Shown piece by piece: positions 58,742 to 64,000 of a stretch of DNA of 64,000 bases (positions are counted from its first letter, which is position 1; every line of letters begins with the position of its first letter). The translations under genes and the position numbers were made by a program. The notes beneath the pieces were generated by a model, which saw only the letters and a list, made by a program, of their open reading frames with translations, had not been told where the DNA came from and ran no database searches. The DNA is taken from IMG/VR virus record IMGVR_UViG_3300048919_000265; one strand, given 5' to 3'. The DNA comes from a virus.

Positions 58742-58843
58742 TCAAGCTTCCTCCTACTTTAACTTTTAATCCTATTCCAAATACACGAATGATCACAGTG
58801 TTAAAACCCAACACGATCAATAATAGTTGTTAATTATCATCTT

Positions 58844-59002
58844 TTAGTAAATTTTTAATGACAATCGTTTCGATGAATACTTGATGTTTATATCTCTGTA
58901 AAACATGCACTGTCCCACCTAACACAGCAAGGGTTTCCCAACAAATATAGAATGAAACTCCCCACTCCCAGTTGCGCACGAACACTCCCGACAACCTTGC
59001 AT
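58844..59002 (-). pseudogene. Nonsense-disrupted small Cys-rich gene
   Basis: MQGCRECSC...LLC*VGQCMF...; internal TAG 58919-58921. Confidence 0.5.
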
Positions 59003-59031
59003 CGCATCACCTATTTCACAGCGTACATGCT

Positions 59032-59517
59032 CTAACGAGATACGTCCTTCTGCTGTAAATAGAACACTCCATCTGATACACTTCCAACTCCAGCTAAAAA
59101 ATCGGCATGTTCAATATGCACAGGTCTAACCCTGTAAACTCCCAGCACAGTCATATGACCAAACTCTTTCTCATGAGATTCCCAGACAAACTTCACTTCC
59201 CCTGTAACAGGCTCTTCTAACACATACCCATAGCCATACGCTTTTGCAGTAGAAATAACTTGTGCCTCGAGAATTCTAGTCAAGCACTTTGCAGCAACTT
59301 GCGCTCGTTCTACCTCAGGTACATAGGGCAACAAAACTTGCCCTAAAAATTCACACACACCTTGTCCTTTAGAACTCCAGATATTATCAACAATTTCCTT
59401 AATATTCTCTTCATTCAAATCCTGATTAATTCCAATAAACTCCAGTGTTGCTAAATGCTTAGCCGTACGTATACTTAGGTCACGCAAAAGCTTTTGTGTG
59501 CTAATTAAATCGGACAT
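59032..59517 (-). CDS. Hypothetical protein
   Basis: RBS AGGAGG. Confidence 0.7.
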   Translation of the reverse strand: MSDLISTQKLLRDLSIRTAKHLATLEFIGINQDLNEENIKEIVDNIWSSKGQGVCEFLGQVLLPYVPEVERAQVAAKCLTRILEAQVISTAKAYGYGYVLEEPVTGEVKFVWESHEKEFGHMTVLGVYRVRPVHIEHADFLAGVGSVSDGVFYLQQKDVSR

Positions 59518-59686
59518 ATGACTTCCTCCTAAATATCATTAAAATATTCTTCTGCTTTTCCATAAAATCTTCCAGTTCTTTAGTCCAAGCTGCGCGAGCT
59601 TCTTTCATAGCTTCGGTTGCTATCTGCTCATTACCATCTACAGTAGCACGCCATAGCTTAACATTTTCTTTGCCTTTTCTAATCAT
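59501..59686 (-). CDS. Small hypothetical protein
   Basis: Short ORF in run. Confidence 0.5.
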   Translation of the reverse strand: MIRKGKENVKLWRATVDGNEQIATEAMKEARAAWTKELEDFMEKQKNILMIFRRKSYVRFN

Positions 59687-59698
59687 ACTGATAGCTGA

Positions 59699-60118
59699 CT
59701 ATACACCCAACGAAAATTCGCACAAAGCAAGACTTACAAAGTCGCCTTTACCTCCATATGTTACAAAATACTGATCTGTAAATTTTGTAAATTCTCGGCA
59801 CGGCAATTCCTCTCTGTTAAGAATTTTATGATGTTTAATTATTAGTGCCTCTGATACAGTACCATTTGGATTAACTACTAAAACTTTGTCAGTCTCACCT
59901 GTAATAGCAATCGATACTTTAGATTCAGCAGCTTGTGCTTTTGCACTAACGAAGTCTTCCGACCTCCATTTCATGTCTTCTCCTGTTAAAGAAAAACAGA
60001 ACAGATCCCTAATATAATTGGCTACGTGCACCGGAGGATTCAATCTCTTCGTTTCTTTCAACCAGAGATCAGTATTCATAACCTCGGCGGCACCGGCATT
60101 CCTTAATTCGGTTAACAA
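59699..60118 (-). CDS. Hypothetical protein (likely start MNTDLW)
   Basis: RBS GAGGT before internal ATG. Confidence 0.65.
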   Translation of the reverse strand: MLTELRNAGAAEVMNTDLWLKETKRLNPPVHVANYIRDLFCFSLTGEDMKWRSEDFVSAKAQAAESKVSIAITGETDKVLVVNPNGTVSEALIIKHHKILNREELPCREFTKFTDQYFVTYGGKGDFVSLALCEFSLGV

Positions 60119-60136
60119 TCAAGAATAAAAATTTAC

Positions 60137-60361
60137 TTATTCTCTTATCCTAGCTCGCAAAATATTCAGTCCTTTGGTCTTAGCTTCACCCAAATCAGTT
60201 GCAGCTAAAGCTTCGTCTTCAATTCTCAAGACACTGCAACATAAATACCAATCTCCGCCAGTAACTGAATTTGCTCACTCAAGACTAGCTCTAAATCCTT
60301 CAAGTTTTAAGGTCTGCATGTGAGAACTACCGTTATTTCCTTCAACCGACTCTTTCCACAT
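60137..60361 (-). pseudogene. Nonsense-disrupted phage-type gene
   Basis: RBS GGAGGGGG; MWKE...RASLE*ANSVTGGDWYLCC...EAKTK; internal TGA 60275-60277 (TGG>TGA plausible). Confidence 0.65.
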
Positions 60362-60465
60362 AACCTAACCCCCTCCCTAACGTAAAACTCAATTAATACA
60401 CCCTCCATATGTAGATCCCTAGGACGCTATTATTCATCTTAGTTGCTAGTAAACAATTCAAATTC

Positions 60466-60636
60466 CTAACTATAAGATGCATATGTTACAGCCATCCCTA
60501 AAATTAAATTAACCGCAAAACCTGATAGCAATCCTATGTGAAATTCAGTGAAATCTTACATAACCGATAACACAATTACAGCCATCAAGAAACCAGCAGC
60601 AATAAATAATAATACTATCCCAAACATAAAAAGCAT
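60466..60636 (-). pseudogene. Nonsense-disrupted two-TM membrane gene
   Basis: RBS GGAG; hydrophobic helix, internal TAA 60556-60558, second hydrophobic helix in frame. Confidence 0.55.
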
Positions 60637-60682
60637 ACTATCACTCCAAACAATATACTGTTATACAGCTTTTAATCATCTA

Positions 60683-61057
60683 CTACTTTACCTGTCCATT
60701 GGAAAATAAGAACGAATTTAATTTTTCCACAACAGCAGAACAACACTGAATGAATTTTAAGTGATTAATTTTCTGCTCGGTCTGGAATTTTCTAAACGTG
60801 CGGTCTAGAAAATATAGATTACTACTTAAATCACCATCATGGTCAATTAAACCTGATAAACCCTCGTATAAATACCCATCAAATTCAGCTGCATGATTCT
60901 TACTAACTCTCAATGCTTTAACCAGCAAGTGGATGGAAAGATACCCATCAATAACAACCCACATCGCATTGTTGGAACTATCCTTCATTTGGTTAAAATG
61001 GAACGACGAAATTTCTAAAAAATCTTCAACTTTAGATACTTCTTTCCTACCGTTCAT
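60683..61057 (-). CDS. Hypothetical protein
   Basis: Overlaps upstream stop. Confidence 0.6.
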   Translation of the reverse strand: MNGRKEVSKVEDFLEISSFHFNQMKDSSNNAMWVVIDGYLSIHLLVKALRVSKNHAAEFDGYLYEGLSGLIDHDGDLSSNLYFLDRTFRKFQTEQKINHLKFIQCCSAVVEKLNSFLFSNGQVK

Positions 61058-61469
61058 TCGTTTCCTCCAAGGACACTAACCCCTGCTTACTAAGGGTACT
61101 AATGCATTCAGCTATTACTCTTTCCGCCTCAGAAGCTGTTACACATATACCATTACCGTTGTCTGTGCAGATACTTTTATCTGAACTTTCAGACCAGATC
61201 TTATAAAATCTAAACCACTCATACTCATAAGGACTACCACCAAGACTCAATGTCACCTCAGCAGAAACGTTTAATGAGTGAAAATCAACTCTCTTATACA
61301 ACTTCACTTCCCTTGCAATTTCAAAACACTTGTAGTCTGCAGTCGTAATTGTTTCTGTTTCATAAAAAGTGTTCTCTTTAACTAATTTCTCATATCTTGC
61401 CCAATGTTCTTTTTCTTCGGGAGTTCTACTATCCCGCAATTCCTTTAACTTCTGTGCAAAATCAACCAT
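61047..61469 (-). CDS. Hypothetical protein
   Basis: RBS GGAGG before MVDFAQ (61469). Confidence 0.7.
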   Translation of the reverse strand: MVDFAQKLKELRDSRTPEEKEHWARYEKLVKENTFYETETITTADYKCFEIAREVKLYKRVDFHSLNVSAEVTLSLGGSPYEYEWFRFYKIWSESSDKSICTDNGNGICVTASEAERVIAECISTLSKQGLVSLEETNER

Positions 61470-61518
61470 ATAAATGCCTCCTATTTTTCGTACTGACAAA
61501 GTTTGATAATTGATTGTT

Positions 61519-61746
61519 TCACTTAATTTTACATAGCTCGAAATAATCGAATCTACGACTACCCAATTCCTCGTGATATTCCTGAATCTTTGGATCTTTA
61601 AATATAAGCTCAACTGGGAAAACGAAATTGTCAAGTTTTGAAACTATAGCTTCCTTATCCCAAAGTCTTACCTCACTTTCTTGAACTATCTCTATATCAT
61701 TTCGCACTATCACTCTATCCCCAACACTAAGACTCATGTCAAACAT
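61519..61746 (-). CDS. Small SH3/KOW-like hypothetical protein
   Basis: L.VGDRV.V N-terminus. Confidence 0.6.
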   Translation of the reverse strand: MFDMSLSVGDRVIVRNDIEIVQESEVRLWDKEAIVSKLDNFVFPVELIFKDPKIQEYHEELGSRRFDYFELCKIK

Positions 61747-61794
61747 CTCCCTTCATTATAATAGGCAACACTCACCAATTCTTGCGCGTAATTC

Positions 61795-62610
61795 TTATTT
61801 ATTCAGCGTTGATCTAACTTCCATTACCTTCTGCAAAAACTGAGCCTCACGTTTCTTGCTCAAATAAGATTTTCGATAAAACTCCTTGAGGTCTTTCAGC
61901 ACCTCACTAAATGCAGACATGTTACTTTGCCACCAACACTTTTCTATCAAATCACTGAAAGTTTCATAATTCTTACCATTATCATAAACATACTGCAACA
62001 AATTTAAATCATCATCAGCTATATCCTGATCAATAATATACACAGGTAAAGTTTGAGCATCCACGCGTCGAGCGAGATCCGAATAAACTCTAGACATAAT
62101 TCCCATCGTTAAATTAGAAAATGCTAAGAAGCGACTGACAATCACCTTCTTATCTAGAAACTTAGACCTGCTCATATTTCGCAACCTTGCTTCAAAAGAA
62201 GTGTAACGTTCTTCCCTTACCCTAATTGCCAAGTCTCGGGGAAGTAGCAGTGTCAAATACTCGTGCCTACCTAGCCCATCCATGTGCATATGATTAAAGG
62301 GATCTTCAATGGGATCAAACACATTTTCCATCTTCAGGACGGTTACCTTCTCATCCTCCCTATCTTCTAATCTCCATACATCCTCAACTTTCTGTTCAGT
62401 TCCATCTACCCCGTACAGAATAAATTTCCGTCCACCAAATCCCTTGGGAACTGAGGCATCCTCATCACTACCAATCATGTAGATTCCCTCTTTAGTAATA
62501 AATCTACGATCAGTATTAATAGCTTCTCCTAGCTGATACTTAGTGTACTCTTCAAAACCACTTGTATCAGTAAAAGAATTTTTAAACTTTCCTTTAACCA
62601 CTTTATCCAT
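61795..62610 (-). CDS. Hypothetical protein
   Basis: 271-aa ORF, RBS GGAGGAG. Confidence 0.78.
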   Translation of the reverse strand: MDKVVKGKFKNSFTDTSGFEEYTKYQLGEAINTDRRFITKEGIYMIGSDEDASVPKGFGGRKFILYGVDGTEQKVEDVWRLEDREDEKVTVLKMENVFDPIEDPFNHMHMDGLGRHEYLTLLLPRDLAIRVREERYTSFEARLRNMSRSKFLDKKVIVSRFLAFSNLTMGIMSRVYSDLARRVDAQTLPVYIIDQDIADDDLNLLQYVYDNGKNYETFSDLIEKCWWQSNMSAFSEVLKDLKEFYRKSYLSKKREAQFLQKVMEVRSTLNK

Positions 62611-62673
62611 TACTTAGTCTCCTCCATATGTAAGAGATTATATCCCCAGTATACCCCAATTCGTACGCCTTAT

Positions 62674-63405
62674 TCAAGACCTACGATTCTTTACACTTGC
62701 AACAAAATACATATTAGTCATGAAGTTAGCCAAGCCCACTTTAGTCATTATTCTACCAGCATCTAAATCAGTGAAAACTGGCTGCCCACAACTTTTACAC
62801 ACAATCACATTAATAGGATAGAGTGATAACTTCTCATACCTTGCCCCGCATTTACACCCAACAATATATTTAAAAGGGTCGAAATCACTATCCCATTTAG
62901 AGTTATCTTGTTCTATTGGACCATTAATTATATCCATTACGTCCAAATAACTTTTCGGTTTATTGTTAGTGTATTCTTTTGGTTTTGAATAAACTGGAGG
63001 TTTAACACTGAATGACTCCTTTTTTATTGATTCTTGTTGACTCTCCTGAATTTGTGTATTGTTACTACCTGCAGTAACAGGATTATCCCCAATCCTACTC
63101 CTCCCAGATTCAACCTTATCTGTCTTGGATTCGCCCCTAGGTTTATCATAGTAACTAGTGCCTGGTTTTTCTGGTACGCCTATCATATTTGCATAGGATT
63201 CTATAATTCCATTTTGAACTTTGAGACTTGCCACTTGCACTGTGTTAATCCTATAATGTTCTGATCCAACATTACATCCAAACTTTAACCCTTTATCAAA
63301 ACATTCTAATAATTCTATTGTTTGCTGTTTGTCTAAATTAAATGTTTCCTTCAGCCCTGAGTTATGAATGACTGTAACTGTCTGTAAATCTCCCATAGAA
63401 ACCAC
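62674..63405 (-). CDS. Hypothetical protein with disordered linker and C-terminal Zn ribbon
   Basis: CKCG...CKSCG; polar low-complexity middle. Confidence 0.72.
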   Translation of the reverse strand: MVSMGDLQTVTVIHNSGLKETFNLDKQQTIELLECFDKGLKFGCNVGSEHYRINTVQVASLKVQNGIIESYANMIGVPEKPGTSYYDKPRGESKTDKVESGRSRIGDNPVTAGSNNTQIQESQQESIKKESFSVKPPVYSKPKEYTNNKPKSYLDVMDIINGPIEQDNSKWDSDFDPFKYIVGCKCGARYEKLSLYPINVIVCKSCGQPVFTDLDAGRIMTKVGLANFMTNMYFVASVKNRRS

Positions 63406-63427
63406 CTTTGCTTATTGTTACTACCTC

Positions 63428-63940
63428 TTAAGATTCTCTTGAATTATCTGCTTTAAATATCTCCAGCTCTTTCAAAGATAACCTTTTAGGTTCCCGCTGT
63501 ATATTTCCTAATAATAGAGCTTCGCCTAATTTACTACTTACCAGGTCATTTCCAGCTTTGTACCTATTCCTAAGAACATGAGTCAATGCTTCCTCTATTT
63601 CTGGAGAAAAGGACAAAGACAGGAAAGAGCTTTCCACGTCCTCTACAGTAGTCTTGACCCTACCGGATTCTTTTACGAGTTCATAAACCCAGGCTGGCAC
63701 CACTTCAGAAAAATCTGAGCTACTTAATAATCCAGCCTTTATGCACACACTAACTTGTTTCAACTTTTCCTGCACTCCACATAGGAAAGCATCCTTCATT
63801 ACCTCTTCAAGTGCCTGCAACCTCTCATCCAAACACTTTCCTTTTACAAGGATATTTGATAACACCAAGCCGGTAAGAATATCATCGACTCTGTAGCTAC
63901 TTTTATCCATCCTCACAATCCTCCTTTCTAGTTCTTTCAC
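63428..63940 (-). CDS. Hypothetical protein
   Basis: 170-aa ORF; start uncertain. Confidence 0.68.
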   Translation of the reverse strand: MKELERRIVRMDKSSYRVDDILTGLVLSNILVKGKCLDERLQALEEVMKDAFLCGVQEKLKQVSVCIKAGLLSSSDFSEVVPAWVYELVKESGRVKTTVEDVESSFLSLSFSPEIEEALTHVLRNRYKAGNDLVSSKLGEALLLGNIQREPKRLSLKELEIFKADNSRES

Positions 63941-64000
63941 TCATAATGATCCTCCCAACTAAGAGAAAATTATCTCGACCTCTAGTTCATCCACAGGCGA

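Noticed and set aside
28147-60636. Stop-codon reassignment or suppression explaining the interrupted genes
   Set aside because: Internal stops include TAA, TAG and TGA, all three also end intact genes here, and the tRNA-like RNA has no canonical anticodon loop.
379-63264. Plus-strand ORFs in the supplied track (e.g. 543-1013, 2907-3302, 30822-31526, 42798-43100)
   Set aside because: All lie antisense to longer, RBS-bearing minus-strand genes and have shadow-frame composition; none has a convincing RBS or motif.
1-64000. Calling the window a prophage or jumbo phage
   Set aside because: No terminase, capsid, tail, polymerase or integrase is recognisable; element type remains open.

Overview
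AT-rich (~36% GC by eye) 64-kb segment. Every supportable gene is on the minus strand. Host-like genes (dut, yhaM, YitT, YpsA/SLOG, NucA/NucB nuclease, AbrB-family regulator, SLH-anchored surface protein) point to a Paenibacillus/Bacillales host. About 80 small phage/plasmid-type hypothetical genes suggest the accessory region of a megaplasmid, phage-plasmid or similar large element; this is inference, because no replication, virion, integrase, transposase or CRISPR genes are visible. The most striking locus is at 1.4-8.4 kb. A 1871-aa SLH-anchored stalk (9 Ig-like repeats + 10 FN3 + 3 SLH) has a first Ig repeat that lacks its N-terminal strand. It is followed by two separately secreted 'head' genes (one intact with a discoidin-like domain, one decayed), and both end exactly in the missing strand, (I/V)DKTxPTxP(S/T)IKIG(G/N)-stop. 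This suggests a split, exchangeable-tip adhesin assembled by donor-strand complementation. Other highlights: two HipA-like kinase/HipS-like pairs (one next to a NERD-UvrD helicase, one with a long C-terminal extension); a Hanks-type kinase; a PemK/MazF operon with a frameshifted antitoxin; a tRNA-like 98-nt RNA; three more structured intergenic elements; a prion-like DUF3892 protein; and many small genes broken by in-frame nonsense codons. All family assignments come from motif recognition by eye, not database searches.
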